NCBI GenBank assembly: GCA_040954595.2
Contig: CM082592.2
Location: forward strand, 8,605,677 to 8,669,676
DNA: 64,000 bases
Direction of reading: 5' to 3'
Source of the DNA: Balanoglossus misakiensis
Lineage: Eukaryota > Animalia > Hemichordata
A model generated the notes under the pieces. It was not told where the DNA came from. It did not search any database and saw nothing but the letters and a program-made list of their open reading frames with translations. A program made the position numbers and the translations under genes. The first letter of the stretch is position 1, and each line of letters starts with the position of its first letter. Below are positions 39,501 to 52,479 of the stretch, piece by piece.

Positions 39501-41063
39501 ATTCATTGTCTGCCTAGGACAGGGGTCTGATTAAATTTGCGCTTTATGTTAATGAAAACGCCGGTGGGTGATGTAATGTTTACAGAGATTGATGATGGCG
39601 TTACTCTGGCGTTAGGTGTGTTAATTTCATTCATAAAGGACTCTGTGTGTATCATATCTGACTCCAGGAATGAAAGTAATGCAGGGTAAAGCTGGGTTAG
39701 TGATCAGGTTTAAACCTCCCATTTCGATTTGCAATAAAAGATGCCATCGTAATTTATCATTTCGTTTAGGAATGATGATGATGAAGACGAACTTTGACGC
39801 TTTTTCTGTTTCTCGCAGTGGCACGGCGATCATTTTATTTATTTCTCTGCGCGGAAGTGATGAGTTGCGCCGGGATTTGATTCGATGTGATCAGCGCTGA
39901 CGTGCGGTCGCCAGGGGGTATACGACACCACTGCATTTTTTTGACATGGCGGCCATTTTGTTTTTGCGCCCTAAATCGAGCCTGGGCACAAGCGTCTCGT
40001 ATTTATTCTGCGCATGTTGGTCATCCTTCAGCAGCGAACAAATTGAAATCCTGAAACGACCTGCACTGCTTAAAAATTCAGCAACTCGATTTGGTACACA
40101 TGTATTGTAGTAAAAATAGGCCCAAGGTTGTTTTCCACGAAATCTCTCTTTTTTTAAATTAAGGTAAATGACTTGCAGAATTCTGTCTTCAGGCTTCCCA
40201 CTTGTATCGTGCATCATCCTTGCCATTACTGTGATTACAAAATATTTTTTAGGTTTGCATGTACGGTCGACTGTCATAAAATATCCGTAAGACTTGCCAA
40301 CTGTGATCACGCTTCATGTATTCTACTATTGATGGAGTGGAGACTGAAATGAAATGTGTAATCAGACAGACTGGATCAGGAAACAATTGTTCTCGCACAA
40401 ACAATAACAAAATAAAAGTTGTCAGTGCTTGTATGACAAAACAGACAAGAACAACAATGATTTCTGTCAGTTTTCAGTCGTAGAATTGGGTTAACCAATT
40501 TCTTGCTGATGCAGTGCCGAATCGGCAAATTTAATTTGTTTATCACGCGCACAGCACGAGTGTTTACAATTGGTTTTTCTTTCCTCTCTTCTGCTTAATC
40601 TCGTCATTTTTGCTGCAAAAAGGTGTCGCGACCTGATTTCTTTGTCCGGTTTATGTAATCTTGTTTTGCGCAGTGAATTCGAGCCTGTGCAGCTTTTCAC
40701 GGTCTTCTCGTTTGCCCAGCCTCTGCCCAGGATTGTGTAATGTTGAATAGCATGACCCTGCAGGTTACTGTCGGCTACGGATTCTTGTGTTCTGGCAGGA
40801 GGCTGCTTCTTATGTATTTGTGAATAACTAGTCGTAGGTGTTGATCTCTACTGGGACAGCTGTTCATTAAAACCTGCTGGATAGAAAGTGCTACTGAATG
40901 ACCATGAATCACTGCAATATGTTATCACTCTAGCAAAAGAATAATATGTAGAAATCTTTAGTGCATATACACACGAATAATATTGATAATGTTAGCAATC
41001 TGAATTCTTCCCTGTAATCATTTGGAATGGTGCTGATGTGTTTAAAACAAAACAATGTTTCAT

Positions 41064-41156
41064 TTAATCCTATTACTACCATGGTTTGGTCCAAATCCAT
41101 CCTTTTCTATGGTAAAATTGGACCTCTAGAGAGTGAAGCAGGGGTGAAAGGGCGAA
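41064..41156. mobile_element. Same ~90-bp miniature element, copy 2
   Basis: Shares accatggtttggtccaaatccat and tttctatggtaaa with the copy at 33455; ends are degenerate. Confidence 0.65.
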
Positions 41157-41850
41157 GGTGCCAGATTGAACTTGTTGGTATCAAGGAAACAAACACCTTG
41201 TGATGCCCACTTACGAGAAACATTCTGTTCTCGATTTGAAATTGTCAGGAAATTGCAATCAAGTACTGGCAAGGTGTTACCAGAAGTGCCTGCTTGTCTG
41301 TTGTTTTATTTCCAGAGAGAAAAATCAGTTCAACATTCAACTTCTCTTGATGAAAAAAAGGGATCCTTTCCATCTCTCGTCTTATATCTCAGTATTTCCA
41401 AAAATGTCAAATTCATTCTTGAAATGTGGTCATGTCTTCCATGTGATCCTTATTCTTATAAGTTCATGTGCAGGGACTCTGGGTACCATGGCAACTGGAG
41501 AATGGTGGTTACCATGGTAACTAAAGAGCGATGTAACACAGTGTGGGTCACTTGAGATCAAGTGTGTGTCTCCCCCCCCCCCTTCCCACACACGCACACA
41601 ATCTACTGTCAGTACTGATCATGTGAAATTGCAGTGGGCTTCACTACACATTCATAGCACACAATTGCGTACATGTAACAGGCAAATGTCAAGAATGTGT
41701 TTCATGTGTAATTTCCATCAAGTCATCAATCTCGACTCTGGTGTCTGTTCATTATCATTTGCGATAAAAAGTGAACACTGAGAGATCAAAGTTGTCGTGT
41801 ATTTTTGGAATCAGGTTGCGATATTTGATTCGTAAGAGGTCACATTTAAA

Positions 41851-42507
41851 TAATAACACATGATAGCGAGGGCAATATCACGATTTGAAGCCTGCACGAG
41901 GGATGGTGCTCTCTGACCATAATATTGATGATGCCCGAGCCGCAGGCGAGGGTATCATCAATATTGTGGTCAGAGATCACCAGCCCGAGGGCAGGCTTCA
42001 AATCGTGATGTTGCCCGAGCATCATGTGTTATTAATTTTATTACGCCGAACATTTGAACGTACATACAAGGCAGGCATAGAAGAACGTAGACGCGCGTCC
42101 ATATGTCGTACGTTGCTGAGAATGTAAAATGTCTCGATCTCCCAAGAATTATACGATACCTACTTCGAACTTAGATTATTTTGAAAATACTGCACTGTTG
42201 GTTGCGATTTTGTTGTATTTACTGTCCGTTTGTGGTAAAATATCGTCCAGTTGAACAGGTGTTAAGCCTATGTGTCGCTTTGAAGCCATAGATGCGGGAG
42301 TTGACTGATCGTGGAGGAAGCCATTGAACGACAGTTTGGAACGCGCAGAAGTCGCGCGCAGAACACAAAACAACCCAGCGGGCAATATCAGCGCACGCGA
42401 CAGGGCTTTATCAACTCTAGCCATGTTATATCACTTTTTTTTCTATATCACGTGAGCGCGTCTCAGCCAATCACGAATATGGTATAATACGTGAGGTGTA
42501 CTAAAAT
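41851..42507. mobile_element. Non-coding element with a 184-nt terminal fold-back hairpin
   Basis: Arms of ~90 nt at 41851-42034. A second inverted pair, attttattacgcc (42035-42047) and ggtgtactaaaat (42495-42507), matches 11/13. The arm motif gggcaatatca recurs near 42380. Confidence 0.7.
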
Positions 42508-45500
42508 GATTTGAACTCCCCCCGTACGTGACATGTCGCGGACACTATAATTTCTATGTGCGGAATCCGTGTGAACTCGTGATTGCATCTAAATCCGGGT
42601 GCGTTGAACTATAAGTAACAGAGCATGGGAAGAAGGGATATGTTGAATATATTCAGACATTTTGAAATAGCAGGTTTGAGGAGTGTCTCTTCAAATATCA
42701 TTAAGTACATGCCCATAAAAATTGTCTCAAACTGTGGAGCAATTGAAAACTGACAGATTGCACCCTTGAGACAGTCTGGGCAAACGTTAACCCACAAATT
42801 TATATTTTTTGTGATAAAAAGGTTTTATTATCCAGGAAATGATCAGAAACATTTGATTCTGAAACATATTTCAAATAAACAATATAATGAAAAATTAAAT
42901 CATTAGTTCTTGGATTCATTTATGTGTTGAATTTTGTTAAATATCTCATTTTGATATTATTTGAATCACAGCCACTTTCGTCTCAGCTTCTCGTGAATTA
43001 TCAAATACGTTCTCAAATACAGCTATCGCGTAACTGTGTACAGTGGTTGGTTCCAGTGTGTGCCTCCTTTCATCCCCTTGTTTGTACACTACATCGATTG
43101 GCTCAGCATTGAAGATATTATAAGCCACAATTTACATAGTCATATTAAATTTCCCCCCACACAGTTTTCCCGTTCCCTTGCCTGTGAATGTTATAACACT
43201 TATTTGCAACTCCGGACTAGCAAACAATTGCGTTCATTAGCAGGTTTCTTATTAATCAGGTATTATGTTGGCTCGGGTGTTTGAGGTAATATAGCAATAC
43301 ACCGGTGCTTATCTTGAGAATTGACAGATCTACTGAATTGTGGAATCAGAAAGTAATAACGGAAACAGTGTTATATTGGTGCTGCCACAGAACGTCTCTT
43401 TTCACGTTGAAATGAATGTGCGCGTAAGAAAAAATTCCGATGTGGAACATATTGCCAACAGAAGTTTCTCTCGATTCTTTGTGTTATGTATTTTTTTTAA
43501 TTATACGAAACTATTCAGTGAAACAGATTGATCGAAGATACTGCATTGTTGACATTCGTGAAATTCTAATCAATCAATCAGACAGGTAGTGGTATAATAC
43601 ATTAGGGTCATTGCCAGGAGTTACCTCATTTAATGGCATGTTTGTTAGTTATAAAACTGTCACATCTTGAACTGATGGGGATTCTTTTGATGGTGTTTTC
43701 TAATTTCTGAGGTAATCCATGATTGGAAGTCCAGCTAGCATAGAAAAACCTGTTATATACCTTACATTACATCATTGAATGAAAGATGAATGTTATGTGG
43801 ACAGGGTCTGTTAACAGTGTATGGACGTGTGTCTGCCATGAAGCTGTGTCTGGATATTTTTTCACATAGCGGTATGCATGCGGTTAGTTAGCAGTTCACA
43901 TCTCATCCGAGCCATCTATTATGCCGTATAAAAGATTAAAACAGGACAGTGTTCCTTCTATCTTTAGTAAGTGTGTTCTGGTAACCCTAGCATCCCTCTG
44001 TACTCGGTAATTACCTCTCAAATCCATTTGGTCTTTATTATCAACACGATGGAGGATGAAAACTGACTAGCTGAGGAATACGGCCACGGAATAAAACGGT
44101 CGATAGCGTTTGGTGATAGCAACAAAATCAAGCAAACAGTGCTCAGTCATTTGATGACCAGGGAGCCAAATTACTTTAAGTGATGAGGTGCACGCACGTT
44201 TAATAACAGATCTGTCAGCTATCAAAGAGCTCTTTTACTAAGCTGAGGAACGTGACGTCAGATGTGAGCCAGCTAAAGTTAAATTATCCAGATGGTGAAG
44301 GATCGTATAGAGACTTGATACATAGCAGAACCTTCGAAAATATTCAGATGATGATGTATACGGCTACATGATTTATTACATGCAAAATAACATTATGCAA
44401 GATTTCGAGACCTGCAAACAGGTGCCCCAAATAGGTAATTATTATGAAAAGGATTATTGATTGAGCTGTCATACTATCCCGTTTAGACTCAGGAGACATT
44501 TTACCACTTTGAATTTCTGAGCGTGCCTATCTCATCATAGCCATCAAATGCCGAGACAGGCTGATGACCCAGTCAGCATTTGCGCTATCAGTGTAATGAT
44601 CGGCAATATCTCCTCGGAATAGCATGGGGTACCATTCAAATGTTCTTCTAATGTAACTTGGCTGGTACGATAACTGTCTTATCGAGTCCGAGTAACATAT
44701 TTTTCCCCCTGCGAGACTATAATGTCAACATCAGCCTTTGCTTCGGTAATTGTGTGCAGTCGCTGTGGACGTCATTGAAGTCATGTCACATACACAACAC
44801 AGATGTAGATGCATCTCCTGTGCATTTTTACCATGTTTTTATCTTATCATGTGCATTAATAGGTGAAACCAATACCGAATTCAAAGAGTTGTATGTCGGT
44901 AGAAAGTTAGAGTTTGTGATGGCAGATACCACTGGTCTTTTCTTTGCAGTGATACTAAGATTGAATGGATTACCCGTAATGCTCTGTCACCACGGTAACA
45001 TGGCATCTAAAGTACCTGTAATTAAGATGAGCAAGTAGCCTGCGCTGAGGAAAAGCGTGTGATCGTTGAATCAAATTAGCGCGAATAGTATAAATTAGTA
45101 CAAACAGCTTGAATCAAGAAGAAGAATATCAGACATATTTGATAGTGTCCTGTAATGGCAGTAATTAATGCTGTGTCATTAGTTCTACGGTATTCAGGTA
45201 ACTTGGGTCGGGTGAATTACTTGTAACGTGTGGTATTGTCGCGATGACCCTATCAATCATTTGATTAACCCCTGACCTCTGCGGGTCGATCGGTAATAGG
45301 CTGAGTATCCAATTTTTGTGCAGTACTGGAATCTGTGAAGGTTAATGTGATTTTGAACCGTACGGTTATGTTGACGTGTGTAATGACTTGTTTGTTGGTT
45401 ATCTCCTGAGAGGGGGGTCCTTGATGTCAGGGATTTGTGTAAATTGTACCAGTTAATTTCGTTTTGATGCACCTCTTTTCGTAAAGAGGGCGCCCTTCCA

Positions 45501-47192
45501 AAACATGGCGTTATCGCCAAGGAGACGATGCGAGAACGAGGCTAGTAAGTGACAGAGTACTGCTTGAGCTCGTCTGGTTTGTTGTATTTTTATATATGAT
45601 ACTATTTGCGTGTAAAAATTACCTTACAATAAAATATAGCTGTTGAACGCCTGTATGTGTGATTAAATTACAGATACGGACATTCAGCCCAATTTACGTA
45701 AAATATTCGAAATGTTTTGTTTGTATTAATAGTGTGTCTAACCATTTACAAATCAGTGATTCTTGCTGGGTGTAGGCACATCCCCCAAGGTCTGGCTGTT
45801 GACGAAAATACGGAGGAGCTATTTTAATTGAATGAGAAATATATGCAAACACACGGCTCTTTGAACGAGTCAATGTTTGAATGTCACCGCGCGAGAGTTG
45901 TTTACTCTCCAGTAAGCTGTTTGCAGCTATTCCTTCACGTTGGTGACATAGATGCACCTGCTTGTGCAGTTTCACCAAATACCCAGCAGTAAATCTTTTT
46001 TTTTTGTCTTTTTGTACATCCCCCGCAGTGTGACTGAACATATCGATCGTGTCATCATCTCCACCCGATTGTCTGTGGAAAATAAAAAAGCTGTGGTCAG
46101 AATTATTATGACAGGGTGTTTTCGCTAATGTAGCTCGTGTGATATATGTTATGAAGCGTTCGGCCCCGCTGTGAATTTCTATCACTTTGTCATCCTTTTA
46201 GCTGGTCTGCTTGATTACATTAAGCACCTCTAAGTACAGCCTCTGGGTCATTGAAACACGGCAGCCCCACATGATACATGTACGATGTTCTGCAAGGAAA
46301 AAATTCAGCTGTCCGTTAGAGCAAGGTAGAATTCCATCGGGTAATTACCAGAATGGTATATCGGTTGTTGTTTAGTGTGTGTACTTATGACTGAATAAAA
46401 AAATTGGCCAATGTGATGGCTTACGTGGATTTAGAGATTCCTTAACCAGCATTATGAAGATGTATGCTTTATTTGATTTTTTTTAGGAAGGTAATCTTTG
46501 GCTTTGATTGCCAGTCATTAATTTGAATTAAGCAACAATTCACTTATTGGTTCAGTCTGATCTAGCAGCCTCCCCAAGGGTTGTCGGTGTTTCTGTATTG
46601 AGACAAATTGGCACCAGAGCAGTCTGTCTTTCTGGGTGATACTGCTCGAGTTTTGCTGTTTGAAATGGTCTCCTCACGTTTATCAGAGAAACTGTGACTG
46701 CCCTCTGAGTGAGTCTTCTGTCTGGAGGAACTCTTTATCTGTGGATGAACATAAGATGGCTGGCTGTAACATTTTGTCACGAGCCAGTATTGTTTGTGCA
46801 GGTCTTGACTGAAAGATGATTTACGAAAACAAAATTTACGGAGTTAATTTTCTAATTGCGGGCTGTCAAATATCGTGTATCTTGTGATAATTACTTTTCA
46901 TGCTGTCACGACTCGATCCTAAGCTAGCAGATAAAAATGCAATTATTCAGGTTTTCCTCTAATGGATTGGTTAACATAGCGTTTGCTGGTGTGCGGTTCC
47001 ATGACGACACAAATATTGACCAGATTAGCCTGGGTATATTGGCGTTGTCTGCTGCATTAAGAGAATTTAATGAGCGCATTTCATTGATGGATGACAATGC
47101 GGTATTGATCTGTTGCACCTTACTGATGATTCCAGCTTTTCGTTTTTCTGGCGTTGACATCGATCCCCCATTTGTCATAAATGATGAGCTTC

Positions 47193-47219
47193 TTCTCTCT
47201 CTCTCTCTCTCTCTCTCTC
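47193..47219. repeat. (CT)n microsatellite
   Basis: Read directly. Confidence 0.9.
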
Positions 47220-47442
47220 CGTGATTGACTGTTTTTGTGTGTGGCATCCTAGAATGGGTGACACCTGATTTTGTGTTGTTGTTGAAATTTTGTTTGTGTC
47301 ATTATCGCTTTGAGGTACGGCGGGGTGTGTTGCGTGCGTGTGCGTGGGTGGGTGTGGGTGGGTGTGTTGTGTGTGGGTGGGGGCCTGTCTGGATCAGCTG
47401 GAGTGCGATTGTAGTGATCAGATTCTTTGTAGATGGCACCCT

Positions 47443-47523
47443 TGCACGCTATATTTTGCCTAATTGCCACGACGATAACAAGCCTTGTTATCGCCGTGGC
47501 AATTAGGCAAAATGTAGTGTGCA
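47443..47523. repeat. 81-nt near-perfect palindrome
   Basis: tgcacgctatattttgcctaattgccacgacgataacaag-c-cttgttatcgccgtggcaattaggcaaaatgtagtgtgca, with 3 mismatches in 40 bp. Confidence 0.9.
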
Positions 47524-48627
47524 GTATCCCATCGGACAGGTGGAACAAAAAAAGTACTCAGGTATCAACAAGTTTTCATTGCCATTGCTATAACACTACG
47601 CCACAATTCACTTAGCTCCATGCAACGAAAACCTACCAAGTAACTTGAAAATGCAGACATCTGATCTTGACCCTGTCTTCAAAGCTATCTGGGCAAGATA
47701 GGAGCTAATTAACTTAAATCTTTAGGTCGTTAGCCTGTGAAGGTGAAAAAGGTCAGTGCCCTTGTCACCTGACAGAGATTGCAGAACCAACTGAAAACGC
47801 CAGACGTGTTGATAAGTCTTGATATTGAATGTTACTTAATTTGCCAGTTCTATGCAGTGACGTAAATCCTCGATACAGTTATTGAATTTCGTCAAATGTT
47901 TTCATCAGTTTGTGGATATTAAAGCTATCGGAATATGGTACTCTTTTAGTAACTTTTAATGCATGACTTAACAGTCCCCACCATCAGACACGGTTGGATT
48001 CAAACAGATGCAAAAGTCCCGTTGTTTCCGGTGTTTGACGTAACTTTCTGCTCACGATAAGGAAATATGTAATGAAGGGCTTCAGGGAGCAGCGCCTCGA
48101 ATGTGTCAATCAAACATCGCGCTCATAATTGGCGGGTCAGATCTGCATGTGGACTAAATTCTCGATCACCGGGTAACTGGTTCATCAGATTCGTCATTTC
48201 GGTTCGTACGAAACCACGCATCACGTACACGACACACTCGCATCATCATCCAATCTATTTTGACAGATGCTGTCTTCCCCGTTGCTCTGGCGACAACCTG
48301 TCAGATTTCCCAAAGTGCAATGACAGGGCAGCTCTTCGGAAAGTGGGATATCAATGTTGCCCTGTAAGCACAACGCCACCCAATCAATGACATTGACAGT
48401 TAATAAAAAGATGCAAGACTGACAGACAGAGATGTTCTCCGTAAATTTTTGCTTTTAGTAGCTTCGTTATTTATTGGTTGACTCTATCGGCGACGACTTT
48501 CATCTTATGATATAAATTCCTGATCCACAGTGTTACTCCCTCTCTCAAATGTAAACCCTTTGTCTGGCAACCGACCTTCTTTCCACCCCCATCATATAAA
48601 TTACCAGTATTCTGTTCAGCTGACAAC

Positions 48628-48645
48628 TGGCGCTAGAGGGCGCTG
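48628..48645 (+). promoter_or_regulatory. CTCF-like motif
   Basis: tggcgctagagggcgctg matches the CTCF core CCRSYAGRKGGCRS at all but the first position. Confidence 0.4.
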
Positions 48646-51600
48646 CCTTCAAACAGGGGGGGGGGGGGGGGGGGGTTACACTTTGTTTACCTTCTTCATA
48701 AATTCAAATATATGTATAGGATTTCTTTAGATAACACCTATTTCGTCACATATCTGATAATGAGAATGCCCTTTTTGATGCAGGAACCGTTATAAGTAGC
48801 CTCTGAGGACATCGGATGCAACCACTCGGGTCAGAATGCCAATATACACGTCACTCGTAAGAGCACCACTCCAAAACTACCATATTATGTTGGAATGTGC
48901 ACATTTGAAACGACGTGGCAGTTTTTCCACTTCATTTGCACTCTAACATGAGGAGTAGTCTCTTTTTTTTGCAACATCCGCGAGACGATCCGTTTGCATC
49001 CTCGATTAACCCTCTATCAGAAAATTAACGTAGTATAGAATTATGAGTTAACATTCTGGTACAAAAGTGCTCTTTCATTGACAGACAGTAAATGCCAGAA
49101 ATCCTGCCTCACAAGAAATTTGAGTGTGTAGTCCTTAAAAAATCAGGTGAATGATTCAGAACTGTTTTTCTTCTCATTATCCCCCAAAATTGTGATTCAC
49201 GACAACTTTGACAATTATCATTAAAAGATAATTAAATATCTTTAGATCGTATGGATTCTTTTTATACAATAATGCTGTACTCGTGTGATAGTGACCTCGT
49301 TAGACATTGCTGTTTAAATCTTAAAACCCATGTCTGAATGGCGAGATATTGTCAGAATTAATTGCAGACCTCAGGAAATACCATGTACTGTTGGAGTTTG
49401 CCACTCATATTATCCGGGCAAGTCGTCTTGCGGGAGGGCTGTTGCATCACTTGCCACCACTCCCCCAGCCAAGAGCACCAGGCTATGAAGTGAAAATAAT
49501 AAATGAAACCAATTTGCAGGCAAATGGTTGTCTGAATTAAATTGGTAGAATTTGCCTGTATACATGTGAAAATTGATTGCATCATGAGTTGCATACAGCT
49601 TTTGCTATAAATAGAATTCATTTCTTTTCCTCGGCCGTGACCTCTTGACGACAGGCAAGCATCAGCAAAAAGATGTGGTTGACATGGCAATACCTTTATT
49701 GTTTAAAGCTCCATGAGCTGACACAGAATATTTTAAACAATACATCAGTCCTCTCCTCACCGACAGCACCATTTTGAATTTTTGTCGATTTGCACATGCG
49801 ATGATAGTTGTGTACTCTTGTAACAGGAGGCTGAATAAAAGGGTGTGGCACCTGTTTATTATTCAACTTGTCCACATTTAAATGAACAGCCATAATCAGA
49901 GGTTGGCAATATACATTGGTGTATTCCCCACCACTTTATTAAAATGGACCAATCTAAGCTTGAAAGCGAAATCGTGAAAATAATCGCAAAAAATGGCTGC
50001 TCGTGGGGATCTAATCGTTGTGTTTGTTATTTGTTTGACCGAAGCAGGAGGTGTTTAATCATAGGAAGGAGCTGGAGACCTCAAAATTTGACCTGCTCCC
50101 AGGGTCCAATTAGGGTCCATCTGCATCCTTGGCCTTCATCGACCTGGTGTCTTGGTGTGTTTGTAAATTGCTGGGTGCCACACAGGCCCTGGTACCACCA
50201 TAAAAACGCTGGCAGCACCTGTTTCATCATCCAACATTAGCATTGCTTCTAATTGCTGATTGAATTTTGCGTCAGGTTTTCTTTGGTTTTCATATGCCTC
50301 TACAGCAGTCCTGGAATCGTGTTTTCCCCCATGTCTACAAACAGAACAGTGAAATTATGTATTTTAGGGAATATCACTAATGTAGTACTCTCAATCCGAA
50401 TACTGTATACATATCCAAGCATCATGGCGGTGTCACAGTTGGAAAGTCATGATGAGTATAATAATGAAATAGCTTTCAGCTTTCAAGAGGTTTCTTGGTG
50501 CAGTCACACTGTATTGCGATAACGAGATCTCAATGGATAAGTAAGACGGGGTATTGTCTGAAATTTAAAAATAGAGGTTTTTATTCCTAATTTTATGATC
50601 GACTAAAATTTGAGTGGCTTTCAAAGGAAAGATTAACTTCTGGGTTATGGTGTGGTGTGTATACGAAGTGTATCAGATGTCCCCATCAGGATGATATGGA
50701 ATCAAATTTGAAATTAAACACTTCCAGCTGAACCTACCAAGTAGTGATGATGACATGAGATTGTTAAAATCTCAAATGAAATTTAATTTGTTCATTGTTT
50801 CTTTTATTGGGTTTTGTGATCTGAAAGGGTTACCTTGTAAATTCTCAATTTCACTGTGCGTGTTAGCCAGCCTTTTAATATCTCCCTTCATCATCCATTA
50901 CAATTTGCTGTCAAATTTTCTGGTAGTGTGCATTTGTGTGTTTCCCGCTATCTGATATTCATAATTTAGATATTTCACATGAAATACAATCTGTTTGAAG
51001 GACAGTGATAATATCAGTACAAACAAGTGAGGAAATGTTGACCCTTTTCATATCAAAAATTTGAATAAGTGATTGAAACGTTGTTATCAGATTTTGTGTA
51101 CATGTATATATAGACCAGATTGTGTCTGGGATATGCCATAGTCTTAACCTTTTTAACTGGTCTGTGTGTATCGTGTTACACGACTCCACATACGATTGGT
51201 ACCGTGAATATTTCATGACTTCATTAAAAATTCTCTATTGCGTTGACCAGCGGTGGCAGCGAGCACGATGAATAATTGAAGGATTCTAGTCAGATGTAAG
51301 ATAGGAAGAAACCAGGCGTATCAAGTGATTGCTTTGTGCTGGCTCGTCGTACTGGGAAATGATGCGATCGGGGGGAGTGTCACGTTAATATCAACTGTTG
51401 ATGATGGGGGGCTCTTTTGTGCTGTTGTTAAAGGGACATTAGCTGTAACTTTTGGCTTTATTTCCAGTATTTTTGTTCTGTGTACCAAAGGCAAGTTCTT
51501 GTTCTAGTCCAAACAACATGGCAATATACCCCGGTACCCTGCTGTCAACATAGCCTGTATGTGTGTAGCAACCATTGTTATTGTTGACATGTGAATTCTA

Positions 51601-52377
51601 GTCTTATAAAATCATTTTAAACAGGTATAAAAAGAACTTGTTATTAGACCCCTCACTAAGTAAAATATTGCCCCCTGGGACTAACGGACATCATCCACTC
51701 CATACAAAGAATAATCATGATTAGTTCACTCAAAATTGCCACAAATATCTGTGTATTATTCAGATTCAGAAATATTCAGCTTGTAATGTCAACTTCTTCT
51801 GTGGAGGACACTCAGAGCAAATGGAGTACCCCGATGTTTCTAATTTTAGTTTGCTCTGTAGTTGTGTCTGTGTGGCAGTATTGTATGGATGTGAAACACT
51901 CTGTGTGTTTCTTTAATGTCAGAGGTAACACAGCACAGCTCTTTGCGTGCATTAGGAAGTCTCAAATTTGAGTAATGGTGATTTTCTTAAAGAAAGTACT
52001 TCCTGGATCTATTCTCTCTGCGGTATCACTCGTCACGTTTTTGGCTTTGATTCTGCCGTAAGACACGTGCACACATTCCGTGAATCAGGGGGATATTGTG
52101 CATGCTACAATGTACGTTGGGTGTGCTTGAAAGGGGAATAATCAGACAGAAATAACCAATGGCAGAGCATATTCAGAATGGCGGACGACAACCAATAATC
52201 ACACAAAAAAAGTCAGAATTTGGAAAACGGTTGATTTAATATTACCTTTCTGAGCCAAACTCACAGGATATTTTTGTGTTCACATCCAAATGTTCCTTTC
52301 ATATCCCTTGTTTGAGAAATATAAATATTGACAATTTCCTAACAGTTGCTTGCGTTGTTATATTTTCTTGATTGCAG

Positions 52378-52479
52378 ATCAAAGAATACGAGAAGATGGA
52401 CACAGAAGAAGACAGACTTAAAAAGGCCCGACAAATATATGATAAATATATCATGAAAGAACTCCTATCCTGTTCACAT
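52378..52479 (+). CDS. GRK2: GRK2/3 exon 4 (RH domain, Galpha-q surface)
   Basis: Boundaries ttgcag|ATC and CAT|gtaagt; [34 protein letters not shown]; 102 bp. Confidence 0.97.

Noticed and set aside
41885-42127. 80-aa ORF across the hairpin
   Set aside because: No transposase or recombinase motif; the sequence is explained by the palindrome.
50744-50824. GTGATGA ... CTGA spaced like a C/D snoRNA
   Set aside because: No terminal stem, no recognisable rRNA-complementary guide, and an atypical host position.
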